Below the pieces are notes generated by a model. It was not told the origin of the DNA. It ran no database searches and was given only the letters and a program-made list of their open reading frames with translations. The translations under genes and the position numbers were made by a program. A DNA stretch of 55,023 nucleotides from an uncultured Chlorobiales bacterium. Its GTDB lineage: Bacteria > Bacteroidota > Chlorobiia > Chlorobiales > Thermochlorobacteraceae. Shown here one piece after another: positions 40,612-51,730 of this stretch (positions are counted from its first letter, which is position 1; each line of letters opens with the position of its first letter). The DNA lies in the NCBI GenBank assembly GCA_938003965.1, contig CALKXI010000008.1, forward strand, positions 1 through 55,023, given 5' to 3'.

Positions 40612-41235
40612 ATGGCACAAAAAGAACAAAAAAAGGAAGCGGAATCGCCCGCAAAAACGAACATCGATTTCTCACACCTTCCGACGCCAAAGCCGAGACT
40701 ACTGGAAAAATATCGCAACGAAGTGGTTAAGAAATTGATGGAGCAGTTCAAGTATGACAATGTGATGATGGTGCCGAAACTCAAGAAAATCAGCATCAAC
40801 ATCGGCGTTGGACAAGCCGCACAAGACCCGAAACTCTTGGAAATCGCCGTCAAAGAATTAGCGGCAATTTCAGGTCAGAAGCCCGAAGTACGCAAATCCA
40901 AAAAAGCGATTTCAAATTTCAAACTGCGCGAAAACCAACCGATAGGCTGCCGCGTAACGCTGCGCCGCGAAAGAATGTATGAATTCATGGACCGATTGAT
41001 TTCGCTTGCGATTCCCCGCATTCGCGACTTCAAAGGCGTCAGCGATAGCAGTTTCGACGGACGTGGTAACTATACACTCGGCATCAAAGAGCAAATCATC
41101 TTCCCTGAAATTGATATCGACAAAGTGAATCGCATCTCAGGTATGGATATCACATTCGTTACGACGGCAAAAACGGACGAGGAGGCATACGCACTTCTCA
41201 AAGAAATGGGCATGCCGTTCAGAAAAAGAAACTAA
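40612..41235 (+). CDS. rplE: 50S ribosomal protein L5
   Basis: [21 protein letters not shown]. Confidence 0.99.
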   Translation: MAQKEQKKEAESPAKTNIDFSHLPTPKPRLLEKYRNEVVKKLMEQFKYDNVMMVPKLKKISINIGVGQAAQDPKLLEIAVKELAAISGQKPEVRKSKKAISNFKLRENQPIGCRVTLRRERMYEFMDRLISLAIPRIRDFKGVSDSSFDGRGNYTLGIKEQIIFPEIDIDKVNRISGMDITFVTTAKTDEEAYALLKEMGMPFRKRN

Positions 41236-41249
41236 ATGATTCAACAAAT

Positions 41250-41537
41250 ATGGCAAAGACAAGTGTTATCGTTCGGAATGAAAAGCGCAAAGAAATCGTG
41301 GCGCGATACGCCGCCTTGCGAGAAGAATTGAAGAAGAAAGCCTTAGCAGGCGACGAGACTGCCGCACGTAAACTTCGCGAATTGCCGAGAGACAGTTCGC
41401 CAACACGCCTGCGCAATCGATGCAACTTGACAGGCAGAGCGCGTGGCGTCTACACTAAGTTCGGATTATGCCGCCATCAACTCCGAGAACTTGCACTCTC
41501 AGGTAAAATTCCTGGCGTAAAAAAAGCAAGCTGGTGA
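41250..41537 (+). CDS. rpsN: 30S ribosomal protein S14 (long form, incomplete Zn motif)
   Basis: [24 protein letters not shown]; only two Cys. Confidence 0.97.
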   Translation: MAKTSVIVRNEKRKEIVARYAALREELKKKALAGDETAARKLRELPRDSSPTRLRNRCNLTGRARGVYTKFGLCRHQLRELALSGKIPGVKKASW

Positions 41538-41633
41538 ATTGAGTCTAACTTTCTACTTAACCCTTGTGGCCGCCGCAACCGAGTGGTGTCGGGAGCAGGA
41601 ACGCACAAGACAACTCTTAATCTTCGACCAAAA

Positions 41634-42029
41634 ATGCCTGTTACAGATCCTATCGCGGATTATCTAACACGAATCCGCAATGCGGCAAAAGCCAAGCACA
41701 AGACAGTAGATGTGCCGCAATCCAAGTTGAAAGAAAGCATCTCAAAACTGCTCAAAGAAAAAGGGTATATCAAAGACTACACCGTCGTTACAGCAGGAAA
41801 GTTTCCTGTTCTACGTATTCAACTACGCTATCTCTCAAACGGAGAGCATGCAATTAAAAAAATCACGCGCGTAAGCACACCCGGACGGCGCGTCTATGAA
41901 GGAAAGAACATCAAACGATATTTGAACGGACTTGGACTATCGATTGTATCAACATCAAGGGGGCTCATGACGGATAAAGAAGCACGCGCTGCAGGCGTCG
42001 GCGGTGAAGTTCTCTTCCGTATTCACTAA
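41634..42029 (+). CDS. rpsH: 30S ribosomal protein S8
   Basis: [28 protein letters not shown]; ATG 41634. Confidence 0.98.
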   Translation: MPVTDPIADYLTRIRNAAKAKHKTVDVPQSKLKESISKLLKEKGYIKDYTVVTAGKFPVLRIQLRYLSNGEHAIKKITRVSTPGRRVYEGKNIKRYLNGLGLSIVSTSRGLMTDKEARAAGVGGEVLFRIH

Positions 42030-42057
42030 CCGAAATTTGTTAGAAGGAGCAAGACGA

Positions 42058-42597
42058 ATGTCAAGAATTGGAAAAAAGCCGATTACAATTCTCAAAGGCG
42101 TAAAAGTTGAAGTAAAAGAAGGAAAAGTGGTTGTTTCTGGTCCGAAAGGACAACTCGAGGAGAAAATTCGCGGAAACATCACCATTAAAACAGAGGGAGA
42201 AAGCGTCAAAGTAGAGCGCAACGACGAAGATAAACAAACGCGTGCGCTCCATGGGCTCTATCGCGCGCTCATCAACAACATGGTGCAGGGCGTCTCACAA
42301 GGCTATAGCAAGAAATTGGAAATTACAGGCGTTGGCTACAAAGCAGAATTGAAACAAAACTGGCTCGTAATGTCGTTAGGCTATTCTCATCCAATTTTTT
42401 TTCGGCCGCCCGAAGGCATAAAAATTGAAACGCCGCAACCCACAAATATAATTGTCAGCGGCATCGATAAACAACTGGTTGGAGCAGTGGCCGCAAAAAT
42501 TCGCTCTTTCAAGAAACCTGAACCTTACAAAGGCAAGGGAATTAAGTATGAAGGCGAAAATATCCGTCGCAAAGAAGGAAAGACGGCTGGTAAGTAA
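42058..42597 (+). CDS. rplF: 50S ribosomal protein L6
   Basis: MSRIGKKPI, GVGYKA, PEPYKGKG; ATG 42058. Confidence 0.99.
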   Translation: MSRIGKKPITILKGVKVEVKEGKVVVSGPKGQLEEKIRGNITIKTEGESVKVERNDEDKQTRALHGLYRALINNMVQGVSQGYSKKLEITGVGYKAELKQNWLVMSLGYSHPIFFRPPEGIKIETPQPTNIIVSGIDKQLVGAVAAKIRSFKKPEPYKGKGIKYEGENIRRKEGKTAGK

Positions 42598-42664
42598 TTT
42601 TGATAACTGAAAACTTAGATGAAAAAAAGAGTTGGCAACTATCACCTCCAAAACTTAGACGAAG

Positions 42665-43030
42665 ATGAAAGTTCCAGAGAAAATTCAGCGCAGATTCAGA
42701 GTTAAAATGCGTGTGCGCAAAAAGGTGTCGGGCACAGCAGAACGCCCTCGCTTGAGCGTCTATCGCAGTCTAAATCACATTTACGCACAGCTCATCGATG
42801 ATGACAAGGGCATAACCCTTGCTGCTGCAACCAGCAATAAAAAATCGCTTGAAAGCACTTTCAAGGGCATGAAGAAAACCGAAGTAAGCAGAAAGGTCGG
42901 ACAAATGCTCGCAGAAAAAGCCAAAGCAAATGGGATTACCAAAGTCGTCTTTGACCGCAATGGCTATAAGTATCACGGTCGCGTCAAAGCCTTAGCCGAT
43001 GGCGCACGCGAAGGCGGATTAGAATTCTAA
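42665..43030 (+). CDS. rplR: 50S ribosomal protein L18
   Basis: [22 protein letters not shown]. Confidence 0.99.
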   Translation: MKVPEKIQRRFRVKMRVRKKVSGTAERPRLSVYRSLNHIYAQLIDDDKGITLAAATSNKKSLESTFKGMKKTEVSRKVGQMLAEKAKANGITKVVFDRNGYKYHGRVKALADGAREGGLEF

Positions 43031-43043
43031 ACTTATTCAGAGC

Positions 43044-43562
43044 ATGATAAAACAAGCACAAAAGAAAGTTAGACCGGGCGAACTGAACCTCAAAGAAAAA
43101 TTAGTTCAAGTGAACCGCACCGCAAAAGTCGTCAAGGGCGGAAAGCGTTTCGGTTTCAATGCTATTGTCGTCGTTGGCGACGGCGAAGGGCATGTTGGAT
43201 ACGGACTTGGCAAAGCTAACGAAGTGCAAGATGCAATCGCCAAAGGCGTAGAAGACGCAAAGAAGAATGTTTTCAAAGTGCCTATCATTAAGGGCACGAT
43301 TCCGCACGAAGTGTATACTAAATTCGGCGCAGCAAAAATCCTGATGAAACCCGCCTCGCAAGGAACAGGACTCATCGCAGGTGGAGCAGTAAGAGCCGTG
43401 CTTGAAAGCGCTGGCGTCAGAGACGTGCTCACTAAATCGCTTGGCTCATCGAACCCACACAATGTGGTTAAAGCAACCGTTAAAGGACTTTTGAGCCTCT
43501 CAGACGCAATGGACGTGGCAGCACGACGCGGAAAATCACTCAAAGAAGTCTTTGAAGGATAA
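43044..43562 (+). CDS. rpsE: 30S ribosomal protein S5
   Basis: [23 protein letters not shown]. Confidence 0.99.
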   Translation: MIKQAQKKVRPGELNLKEKLVQVNRTAKVVKGGKRFGFNAIVVVGDGEGHVGYGLGKANEVQDAIAKGVEDAKKNVFKVPIIKGTIPHEVYTKFGAAKILMKPASQGTGLIAGGAVRAVLESAGVRDVLTKSLGSSNPHNVVKATVKGLLSLSDAMDVAARRGKSLKEVFEG

Positions 43563-43610
43563 TAATTGACGACAACGACCTAATTCATAAGCATCATCAG
43601 CACAAACGCT

Positions 43611-43805
43611 ATGTCAGAGACGAAGAAACAACTCAAAGTCACGCAAATTAGGAGCATGATTCGTTGCACGAAAAAGCAAAAGGCAACGATGAAATCGCTC
43701 AAACTATCTCATCCGAACAAATCAGTTGTGCGCACAGATAATCCCGCCTTGCGCGGTCAACTCAAGTCGGTTGCGCATCTCGTCAAAGTCGAAGAACTCA
43801 ATTAG
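43611..43805 (+). CDS. rpmD: 50S ribosomal protein L30
   Basis: LKVTQIRS...HLVKVE; synteny. Confidence 0.95.
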   Translation: MSETKKQLKVTQIRSMIRCTKKQKATMKSLKLSHPNKSVVRTDNPALRGQLKSVAHLVKVEELN

Positions 43806-43825
43806 GAGAAAGGACTTTTAGGAAA

Positions 43826-44416
43826 ATGAACCTACACACACTTACGCCTGCAAAAGGGTCAAGGAAAGCAAAGAAGCGCGTCGGACGCGGTCCTGGGTCA
43901 GGTCATGGCACGACGGCTGGACGCGGAACCAAAGGGCATAAAGCGCGCAGCGGTTACACAACCAAAAACTTTGAAGGCGGACAAATGCCACTCTACCGCC
44001 AACTTCCTAAGTTTGGCTTCACGCCACCAAATCGAAAAACGGTGGTTGGAATCAATGTTTCACAATTGGAAGCATGGGTAAAAAGCGGTAAAATTGGCTC
44101 TGACATGACACTCGATGCGTTCAATAAGTTGGGTGTGATTGGAAAAACGGAATACCTCAAAATTTTAGGCGAAGGCGAATTAACTACAACAATCAATGTA
44201 ACTGCACACGCATTCAGCGAAACCGCCAAAGAGAAAATTGAAAAAGCAGGCGGAAGTGTAACGATTGCCTATCGCACCATCGCAGAAGCTAACACCATGA
44301 AGGCGCTCGACCCAGTAACCGCCGTAACCACACCGAAGAAACCTGTCGATGAACATAAGAAAGCCGTCAAAGCGCAAAAGAAAGCCTTAGCAGAAACAGT
44401 CAAAAAACAATCCTGA
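43826..44416 (+). CDS. rplO: 50S ribosomal protein L15 with C-terminal extension
   Basis: RVGRGPGSG, FEGGQMPL, KIEKAGG. Confidence 0.98.
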   Translation: MNLHTLTPAKGSRKAKKRVGRGPGSGHGTTAGRGTKGHKARSGYTTKNFEGGQMPLYRQLPKFGFTPPNRKTVVGINVSQLEAWVKSGKIGSDMTLDAFNKLGVIGKTEYLKILGEGELTTTINVTAHAFSETAKEKIEKAGGSVTIAYRTIAEANTMKALDPVTAVTTPKKPVDEHKKAVKAQKKALAETVKKQS

Positions 44417-44422
44417 CCTACG

Positions 44423-45760
44423 ATGAAACTTGTTGAGAGCATTAGAAATATCAGCAAAATTCCAGAGTTGAAAGACCGAATCCTTTACACATTAGGACTT
44501 TTGATTGTGTATCGAATCGGCTCTCACATAACCATTCCTGGTGTCGATGCCTCTGCAGTTGCGGCGGCAGGCGCAGGTCCAACAAATGACTTATTTGGAC
44601 TGTTTGACCTTTTCGTTGGAGGGGCGTTCAAACGCGCATCGGTCTTCGCACTCGGAATTATGCCTTACATCTCGGCATCTATTATTATCCAACTGCTTGG
44701 TGCCGTAACGCCTGTAATTCAACGTTTGCAGAAGGAAGGTGAAGAAGGACGTAAAAAAATTACCCAATATACGCGCTACGGAACAGTATTACTCGCCGCA
44801 ATGCAAGCATGGGGCGTGAGTGTCAGCCTTTCCAGCCCCTCATCGTTTGGTCAAGCGATTGTGCCTGAGCCTGGATTTCTTTTCACCCTCTCGACCATTA
44901 TCACACTGACAGCAGCGACAATTTTTACGATGTGGCTCGGCGAACGCATCACAGAGCGCGGCATAGGAAATGGTATTTCGCTGATTATCATGATTGGCAT
45001 TTTGGCACGATTTCCACAATCCCTAGTTGCAGAATGGCAGTTGGTGGCAACAGGAAGTAAAAACTTGATTGTTGAAATGATTGTGCTCGCGATTATGGTG
45101 CTAATTGTCGCAGGTGTGGTGCTGATGACCGTCGGCACGCGACGAATTCCAGTTCAATACGCAAAACGCGTGGTCGGACGGAAAGTCTATGGAGGGACAA
45201 CGCAATATATTCCGATGCGCGTGATTACGGCAGGCGTCATGCCCATCATTTTCGCACAGTCGATTATGTTCATTCCAAGCACGCTCATCTCATTTTTCCC
45301 TGAAAGCGAAGGCATGCAAAGGGTAGCGTCATGGATTTCGTACGACTCATGGGGCTATGCGATTCTGTTCGCAATTCTAATCGTCTTCTTTACTTACTTC
45401 TACACAGCGATTGCCTTTAATCCAAAGGATGTAGCGGAGACTATGCAAAAGCAAGGCGGATTTATTCCGGGCGTCCGACCCGGAAAAAGCACAGAAGAAT
45501 TTATTGATAACATTCTGACGCGCATTACACTGCCTGGCGCAATCGCATTGGCAATTATTGCGGTTTTACCAACATTCTTAGTGAAATATGGAAACGTATC
45601 CCCTGGTTTCGCACAGTTTTTTGGCGGAACAAGTCTGCTCATCATTGTCGGTGTTGCGCTGGATACGCTTCAACAAATTGAAAGCCATCTCTTGATGCGA
45701 CACTACGACGGTTTCATGAAAACAGGGCGAGTGAGGGGACGAGGCACTGTAAGCGTGTAA
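44423..45760 (+). CDS. secY: Preprotein translocase SecY
   Basis: LGIMPYISASII, GIGNGISL, IPGVRPG, GGTSLLI. Confidence 0.99.
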   Translation: MKLVESIRNISKIPELKDRILYTLGLLIVYRIGSHITIPGVDASAVAAAGAGPTNDLFGLFDLFVGGAFKRASVFALGIMPYISASIIIQLLGAVTPVIQRLQKEGEEGRKKITQYTRYGTVLLAAMQAWGVSVSLSSPSSFGQAIVPEPGFLFTLSTIITLTAATIFTMWLGERITERGIGNGISLIIMIGILARFPQSLVAEWQLVATGSKNLIVEMIVLAIMVLIVAGVVLMTVGTRRIPVQYAKRVVGRKVYGGTTQYIPMRVITAGVMPIIFAQSIMFIPSTLISFFPESEGMQRVASWISYDSWGYAILFAILIVFFTYFYTAIAFNPKDVAETMQKQGGFIPGVRPGKSTEEFIDNILTRITLPGAIALAIIAVLPTFLVKYGNVSPGFAQFFGGTSLLIIVGVALDTLQQIESHLLMRHYDGFMKTGRVRGRGTVSV

Positions 45761-45778
45761 AAGACGAGAGAGACAGAC

Positions 45779-46612
45779 ATGGTAACAGCGCGAAGCGAGA
45801 AAGAAATTGAATTGATGCGTGAGAGCGGTAGAATCGTTGCACAAGCTCTTGATATAATTCAACTTGAAATTCGCCCTGGCATAACAACAAAAGAGTTAGA
45901 CAAGATTGCCGAAGACTATATCCGTAGCCAAGGCGCTGAACCAAGTTTCTTAGGCTATGTGCCCCGTGGCTCGCGCGGAACGAAACCGTATCCTGCGTCA
46001 ATCTGTGCCTCAATTAACGAAGAAGTCGTTCACGGAATCCCAAGTCCGAAGCGTGTCATAAAAGAAGGGGATATTGTTTCAATCGATGTTGGCGCATTCA
46101 AGAACGGCTATCACGGAGATTCTGCCCGAACCTTCATTATTGGAGAAGTGAAACCTGAAGTTCGCCACCTGGTCAAGGTTACAGAAATGTGCTTGATGCT
46201 TGCAATCAAAGAAGCTGTTGTAGGCAAGCGATTACATGATATTTCAGCCGCAATTCAAACATATGCGGAAAGTTTTGGGTTCGGCGTTATCGAAAACATG
46301 GTTGGACACGGAATCGGAACAAAAATGCACGAAGAGCCACCTGTGCCAAACATTGGTAAAGCAGGAACAGGAGTCTTCCTACGAGAAGGAATGGTGCTTG
46401 CAATTGAGCCGATGATTAACTTGGGCCGCTCACGAAAGGCGAAAATTCTGAGCGATACTTGGACCGCAGTAACGGCAGACGGAAAACCTGCTGCACACTT
46501 CGAGCATACTGTTGTTGTGCGTAAAGGCAAAGCCGAAATTTTAACCCTCTCGCGTCTTTCAAAAAACACGCTTACTACAGAGGAAGGCGCGACAATTCAA
46601 TTAGCAAGTTAA
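45779..46612 (+). CDS. map: Type I methionine aminopeptidase
   Basis: VVHGIP, DVG/HGDSA, GHGIG..MHEEP, AIEPM, HFEHT. Confidence 0.97.
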   Translation: MVTARSEKEIELMRESGRIVAQALDIIQLEIRPGITTKELDKIAEDYIRSQGAEPSFLGYVPRGSRGTKPYPASICASINEEVVHGIPSPKRVIKEGDIVSIDVGAFKNGYHGDSARTFIIGEVKPEVRHLVKVTEMCLMLAIKEAVVGKRLHDISAAIQTYAESFGFGVIENMVGHGIGTKMHEEPPVPNIGKAGTGVFLREGMVLAIEPMINLGRSRKAKILSDTWTAVTADGKPAAHFEHTVVVRKGKAEILTLSRLSKNTLTTEEGATIQLAS

Positions 46613-46632
46613 ACATAAACCCTTGTCTTAAT

Positions 46633-46851
46633 TTGGCAAAAGAAGAAGCAATTGAGCTCGACGGCGTAATTCTTGAAGCGTTGCCAAATGCAAGCTTCAA
46701 GGTCAAATTGGAGAACAATCTTGAAATCTTGGCGCACGTATCGGGAAAGATGAGAATGAACTTTATCAAAATTCTTCCGGGCGACCGCGTGAGAGTTCAA
46801 GTGTCACCCTATGACTTGACCAAAGGACGAATTACGTACCGATTCAAGTAG
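46633..46851 (+). CDS. infA: Translation initiation factor IF-1
   Basis: [22 protein letters not shown]; TTG start. Confidence 0.98.
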   Translation: MAKEEAIELDGVILEALPNASFKVKLENNLEILAHVSGKMRMNFIKILPGDRVRVQVSPYDLTKGRITYRFK

Positions 46852-46938
46852 CGTTGAAGGCGTTGAATTTGATGGACCTATGATAGAGAACTCTCAAAAA
46901 AGAGATGAGAAATTTTTTTCTCAAATTGTCAGTGAGTC

Positions 46939-46970
46939 TTTGGAAAAAAGAAAAAAAGCGCGTAAATTTG
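46939..46970 (+). promoter_or_regulatory. Putative promoter of the rpmJ-alpha operon
   Basis: TTTG 46939-42, 20-nt gap, TAAATTTG 46963-70. Confidence 0.65.
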
Positions 46971-47008
46971 ACGCTCTTTTTTGCAAGGGAAACAAAACCT
47001 AAAAATCC

Positions 47009-47125
47009 ATGAAAGTCGTGTCATCATTGAAAAAACGTTGCGAGTCGTGCAAAATCATTCGCCGAAAAGGAAAAGTGCTTGTGATATGCAAGAAGAATCC
47101 AAATCACAAACAACGTCAAGGATAA
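47009..47125 (+). CDS. rpmJ: 50S ribosomal protein L36 (Zn-ribbon type)
   Basis: Hand-translated [38 protein letters not shown]; not in ORF track. Confidence 0.97.
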   Translation: MKVVSSLKKRCESCKIIRRKGKVLVICKKNPNHKQRQG

Positions 47126-47141
47126 TAGTAGGAGAGAAAGA

Positions 47142-47522
47142 ATGAGAGTTGCAGGTGTCGATCTTCCTAGAAACAAACGCGTCGTTATTGGTTTGACGTA
47201 CATCTATGGTATTGGCAATACCACGGCTAAAAAAATTTTAGCGAAGGCAGGCATTGACGAGAATCGCAAAATCGCAGAACTGACGGACGAAGAAGCGAGT
47301 TTGATTCGCAATATCATCACAAATGAGTATAAGGTTGAAGGGGAAGCCCGAAGCGAACAGCAACTCGCTATCAAACGATTGACGGATATTGGGTGCTACC
47401 GTGGGCTGCGTCATCGCAGAGGATTACCAGTCAGAGGACAGCGTACGCGCACAAACGCGCGCACTCGTAAAGGCAAGCGCAAGACCGTAGCAGGCAAAAA
47501 GAAAGCGGTAGCAAAGAAATAA
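47142..47522 (+). CDS. rpsM: 30S ribosomal protein S13
   Basis: [22 protein letters not shown]. Confidence 0.99.
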   Translation: MRVAGVDLPRNKRVVIGLTYIYGIGNTTAKKILAKAGIDENRKIAELTDEEASLIRNIITNEYKVEGEARSEQQLAIKRLTDIGCYRGLRHRRGLPVRGQRTRTNARTRKGKRKTVAGKKKAVAKK

Positions 47523-47543
47523 TTCCCAAAATTTAATCTGCAA

Positions 47544-47945
47544 ATGGCAACGACGAATACATCAACCACGGCGGCAAAAAAGAAAAAGAAAATCAACGTG
47601 TCGCCTGAAGGATTGGCGCATATCAAAGCGACCTTCAACAACGTGCTTGTAACCATTACAGATATGTCAGGCAACACGATTGCATGGTCTACAGCAGGTA
47701 AAAATGGTTTCAAAGGTTCAAAGAAAAATACGCCATACGCCGCACAAGTGACGGCAGAGGCAGCAGCACGCGAAGCAGTCGAACTGGGAATGAGAAAAGT
47801 CGATGTGTTAATCAAAGGTCCAGGTTCAGGACGCGATGCAGCCGTTCGGTCTTTGCAAGTAGCAGGATTGGAAGTGCGTTCAATTCGTGATGTTACTCCG
47901 CTTCCACACAACGGTTGTCGCCCACCCAAGCGCAGAAGAGTCTAA
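47544..47945 (+). CDS. rpsK: 30S ribosomal protein S11
   Basis: [24 protein letters not shown]. Confidence 0.99.
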   Translation: MATTNTSTTAAKKKKKINVSPEGLAHIKATFNNVLVTITDMSGNTIAWSTAGKNGFKGSKKNTPYAAQVTAEAAAREAVELGMRKVDVLIKGPGSGRDAAVRSLQVAGLEVRSIRDVTPLPHNGCRPPKRRRV

Positions 47946-47975
47946 CAAATCACAAACCTGACTGAAAAAGTTGAA

Positions 47976-48587
47976 ATGGCAAGATATTTAGGTCCAACCG
48001 CAAGAGTTTCTCGCCGCTTAGGCGTCGCGATTGTCCCAAAAGACGAAAAGTATTTAGATAGACGTCCAAACCCGCCAGGGCAACACGGTGCCTCACGCAA
48101 AGGAAAATTATCAGAATACGCGATTCAGCTCCGTGAGAAACAAAAAATGAAATACATTTACGGCGTTTTAGAGCGTCAATTCCGACTATATTATGAGAAA
48201 GCAACGCGCCAGCGTGGTGTTACAGGGGATAACCTTGTCAAAATGCTTGAAAGTCGGCTCGATAATGTCGTGTATCGCGCAGGATTTGCACCCTCTCGCC
48301 CTGCCGCACGGCAAATTGTCTCTCACGCACACGTGCTTGTAAACGGAAAAAAAGTGAACATTCCGTCATACCAATTAAAGCCAGGCGATGTGATTCAATT
48401 CCGTGAAAAATCCAAAAATTTAGATGTGGTCAGAAATTCGCTAAACAAAAAGCCCGATTCGCAAATCCCGACATGGATTCAAGTCGATAAGGCGAACTTG
48501 AAAGCGACATTTCTGAACGCACCCGAACGATCCGAGATTCAAGAACCGTTCAACGAGCAGTTGGTCGTTGAATTATACTCAAAGTAA
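47976..48587 (+). CDS. rpsD: 30S ribosomal protein S4
   Basis: [29 protein letters not shown]. Confidence 0.99.
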   Translation: MARYLGPTARVSRRLGVAIVPKDEKYLDRRPNPPGQHGASRKGKLSEYAIQLREKQKMKYIYGVLERQFRLYYEKATRQRGVTGDNLVKMLESRLDNVVYRAGFAPSRPAARQIVSHAHVLVNGKKVNIPSYQLKPGDVIQFREKSKNLDVVRNSLNKKPDSQIPTWIQVDKANLKATFLNAPERSEIQEPFNEQLVVELYSK

Positions 48588-48656
48588 AAACCACCGTGAT
48601 GGTGAAGTTTTAGCGTTGCTGTTCAACACTTGCACAATTTTTCAAGAGGAAGCGTT

Positions 48657-49655
48657 ATGATTCAACAAATGCAAATGCCAGAGCGATTGGAACTCGAGGA
48701 TAGTTCGTATTCCAATAGCTATGGTAAGTTTATTGCACAACCGCTTGAACGTGGCTATGGCATAACAATTGGAAACGCCATGCGCCGAGTCCTTCTGTCT
48801 TCTTTACCAGGAACGGCAATTACAGGTATCAAAATTGAAGGCGTTTTGCATGAGTTTTCAACCTTAGAAGGCGTCAAAGAAGACGTGCCTGACATTGTCC
48901 TGAACTTAAAGCAAGTACGGTTCCGCTCCATCAGTAAGCGCTCAGCAGTTGTTTCGCTCGTGTTGAAAGGACCGAAGAACTTCGTGGCAGGAGATATTGT
49001 CAGCAGCGAAGGCGACTTCGAGGTGCTCAATCCGGATTTGCATATTGCCACACTGAATAAAAACGCAACCGTCAAAATTGACATCCACGTCGGCAGAGGA
49101 CGTGGTTATGTGCCCGCAGAGGAAAATAAGCCCGATAATATGCCAATCGGATTTATCCCGATGGATTCAATTTACACGCCAATTCGCAATGTCAAGTACA
49201 GCGTTGAAAACACGCGCGTTGGTCAAAAAATCGATTATGAAAAATTAATTTTGGAAGTTGAGACCGATGGCTCTATTGCGCCTGATGAAGCGGTGAGTAT
49301 GGCAGGCAAAATTATCACAGACCACATCAAGCTCTTTGCAACTTTCACACCGACCTCAGAAGAAGAAACCCTCGTGCCTGAAACACAAGAAGATGATGCG
49401 GAGTTTGAAAGAATGCGCCAACTGCTCATGACGCGCATTGAAGATTTAGAACTTTCAGTTCGTTCTCACAACTGCTTGCGTTCTGCGGAGATTGAAACCT
49501 TAGGACAACTTGTTTCAAAACGCGAGGAAGAACTCTTAAACTTCAAGAACTTTGGCAAGAAGTCGCTCGCAGAACTTAAAGAATTGATAGAATCCAAAAA
49601 CTTGCACTTTGGAATGGATGTTTCAAAGTATCGCCTGAAAGAATTACAGAATTAA
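48657..49655 (+). CDS. rpoA: RNA polymerase alpha subunit
   Basis: [39 protein letters not shown]; ATG 48657. Confidence 0.99.
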   Translation: MIQQMQMPERLELEDSSYSNSYGKFIAQPLERGYGITIGNAMRRVLLSSLPGTAITGIKIEGVLHEFSTLEGVKEDVPDIVLNLKQVRFRSISKRSAVVSLVLKGPKNFVAGDIVSSEGDFEVLNPDLHIATLNKNATVKIDIHVGRGRGYVPAEENKPDNMPIGFIPMDSIYTPIRNVKYSVENTRVGQKIDYEKLILEVETDGSIAPDEAVSMAGKIITDHIKLFATFTPTSEEETLVPETQEDDAEFERMRQLLMTRIEDLELSVRSHNCLRSAEIETLGQLVSKREEELLNFKNFGKKSLAELKELIESKNLHFGMDVSKYRLKELQN

Positions 49656-49688
49656 GAGACACTCGAGAAAAATTTGTAGAGGGCATAT

Positions 49689-50165
49689 ATGCGAAAACAA
49701 AAGCATACCGTTAAAAAAATTGGACGCACGACCGCACACCGCCATGCGACCCTTTCCAATCTATCAACTGAACTGATACGCCATAAGCGTATTCGCACGA
49801 CGGAAGCAAAGGCAAAAGCACTGCGCCCATTTGTTGAAAGGCTTATCACAAAAGCCAAGAAAGGCACTATGCATGCACAACGCGAAGTCTTCAAAGTCAT
49901 TCGCGATAAAGCCGTCATTAAAGAACTCTTCAGTGAAGTCGCAAACAAAACTGCAAACCGCAATGGCGGATATACACGCATCATTAAACTGCCGCCGCGA
50001 CTTGGAGACGCGGCAAAAATGGCTTATATCGAGCTCGTTGACTTTGGCGCAGAACCTGATGTGAAAAAGTCGCAAAAACAAGACCGTGCGCGTCGAGTGC
50101 GCGGCTCAAAAGAAGCGCAAGCAAAAATGGCTAATGAACAAAAGAGCGCAGCAGCAACGGCTTAA
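49689..50165 (+). CDS. rplQ: 50S ribosomal protein L17
   Basis: [24 protein letters not shown]. Confidence 0.99.
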   Translation: MRKQKHTVKKIGRTTAHRHATLSNLSTELIRHKRIRTTEAKAKALRPFVERLITKAKKGTMHAQREVFKVIRDKAVIKELFSEVANKTANRNGGYTRIIKLPPRLGDAAKMAYIELVDFGAEPDVKKSQKQDRARRVRGSKEAQAKMANEQKSAAATA

Positions 50166-50187
50166 CACATAGCATAATCAAAACGCG

Positions 50188-50216
50188 AAAGGCTTGTCCA
50201 AAAAACAAGCCTTTTT
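50188..50216. terminator. Probably bidirectional terminator between rplQ and tRNA-Arg
   Basis: AAAGGCTTGT...ACAAGCCTTTTT between convergent genes. Confidence 0.75.
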
Positions 50217-50253
50217 GTGTTTACTGAAACACCGCAACGCACAAACAATGTTG

Positions 50254-50327
50254 TGCGCCCGACGGGAGTTGAACCCATAACCTTCGGCTTCGGAGACCGA
50301 CGCTCTATCCAATTGAGCTACGAGCGC
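50254..50327 (-). tRNA. tRNA-Arg (anticodon CCG)
   Basis: Minus strand GCGCTCG TA GCTC AATTGGATA GAGC G TCGGT-CTCCGAA-GCCGA ... ATGGG-TTCAACT-CCCGT CGGGCGC A. Confidence 0.93.
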
Positions 50328-50337
50328 AAAACGCCTG

Positions 50338-50368
50338 CAAAAATACATTGAACAACAAGCGAATCCAA
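50338..50368 (-). promoter_or_regulatory. Putative promoter of tRNA-Arg
   Basis: Minus strand TTG (50366-68), 20-nt gap, TATTTTTG (50338-45). Confidence 0.6.
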
Positions 50369-50370
50369 CA

Positions 50371-51036
50371 TTACGGCTTCCACGATTCCAAACGATACGC
50401 ACCCTCCCAAAACAGCCACTCCAAGCGCGAACTATACACAAACGCCTCCATCATTTTTCTGCGGGTAGACTCCGTCGCATCACTGCCGACCTCATCGGTA
50501 ATTGCAAGCATTTTATCAACAACGGCACTGAATTCAGGACTCGAGTAGGTTTCAATCCATCGCTTGTAAGGATTCTTGTTGTAGGAAGGAAGCACCGACG
50601 ACTTTGAGAAAATAAAATTCCCGACTTCCCGATAAATCCAAAAGCAAGGCAAAAGCGCGGCGATACCTTCTTCATAACTGCGCAATGAAGCCGTTGCAAG
50701 CATGTAGTTCGTGTAAGTGAAACAAGCCGGCGCGTAGCTAACATCGAGCGTTGTGCCGTAAAAGTCCAAGTAAAATTCATGCAAGCCACGCTCGGCGACA
50801 ATCGCACCTTCGGCGAACTTGATGAAGTCTATAATTCGCGTTGCGCCATCGGAGCGTGCGGCAATCAAAGAAAGAGCCTTTGCAAAATCCATCAAATAGA
50901 GCGCGTCTTGCTTGATGTAAAACTCGAACTGCTCTCGCGAGAGCGCGCCGCTGATGAGCTCTTGATTGAAGGGATGCGAAAGGATTGAATTGCAAATCGG
51001 AGCAATGTTCTGCCAAAAGGTTTCTGTGAGTTTCAT
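50371..51036 (-). CDS. tenA: TenA/thiaminase II family protein
   Basis: HPFNQEL..GAL, YIKQDALYL, ALLPCFWIY (catalytic Cys), YKRWIETYS, EWLFW; ATG 51036. Confidence 0.9.
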   Translation of the reverse strand: MKLTETFWQNIAPICNSILSHPFNQELISGALSREQFEFYIKQDALYLMDFAKALSLIAARSDGATRIIDFIKFAEGAIVAERGLHEFYLDFYGTTLDVSYAPACFTYTNYMLATASLRSYEEGIAALLPCFWIYREVGNFIFSKSSVLPSYNKNPYKRWIETYSSPEFSAVVDKMLAITDEVGSDATESTRRKMMEAFVYSSRLEWLFWEGAYRLESWKP

Positions 51037-51178
51037 GGTTAGATGTTTCGGGTTTGAAAAGACAACAAGATACAGCAGCCGCAAGAAATTTTTCAGTAAA
51101 TAAATGTTGGATGAAACCCGCAAAATTCCGTATCTTCTTGCAGTGTAAAGTTTTAGAGAGTTGAGAAAGGAGTAAAAA

Positions 51179-51700
51179 ATGAACATGACCGAACCGCTTC
51201 CCAATTCTTTTCGCTGGAGTTTCCAATACTTTCAGCAACATCCCTTTCAAACGCTCTTCGTTATCACGGTTCTTGCAATTCGGTATTTCTTTGCTGTCTT
51301 CTTCATCTACGGCTTTTGGCATAAGCTTGTCAAAGGGTGGATGTGGACTGATGTGATGAAAGTTCACTTCCAACAACGCCTCTCTGAAATTCCGCCTGAT
51401 TCGTTTCAAGCTGCTTACCTTGAGCACTTTGCGATTCCTTTCTATGTTCCGATTGCGTTTGTTGTAACCGTTGGCGAATTGATTATTGGCGTGGCATTGA
51501 TGCTTGGCGTTACAACGCGATTTAATGCGGGCTTCGGGTTGTTTATGCTCCTCAACTTTGCGGCAGGTGCATTCTACAACATCTGGATTGTGATTCTTTC
51601 TGCAATGGCGATTTTAATCGTGTTCTTTCCGACAGGTCATTGGTTGGGATTTGATAAGCAACTACACGAAAAATATCCCGACTCGTTCTGGTTCAAATAA
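51179..51700 (+). CDS. DoxX/DoxD-family membrane protein
   Basis: RYFFAVFFIYGFWHK, GELIIGVALMLG..TR, GHWLGFD; AAGGAG upstream. Confidence 0.72.
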   Translation: MNMTEPLPNSFRWSFQYFQQHPFQTLFVITVLAIRYFFAVFFIYGFWHKLVKGWMWTDVMKVHFQQRLSEIPPDSFQAAYLEHFAIPFYVPIAFVVTVGELIIGVALMLGVTTRFNAGFGLFMLLNFAAGAFYNIWIVILSAMAILIVFFPTGHWLGFDKQLHEKYPDSFWFK

Positions 51701-51730
51701 CACTAACACATTCAAGAAGGAGTAATAGTT

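Noticed and set aside
45760-45779. Absence of adk between secY and map
   Set aside because: Common in many lineages; not informative
51037-51178. TPP riboswitch upstream of tenA
   Set aside because: No CTGAGA or other TPP aptamer core on the minus strand; region is a short AT-rich divergent spacer
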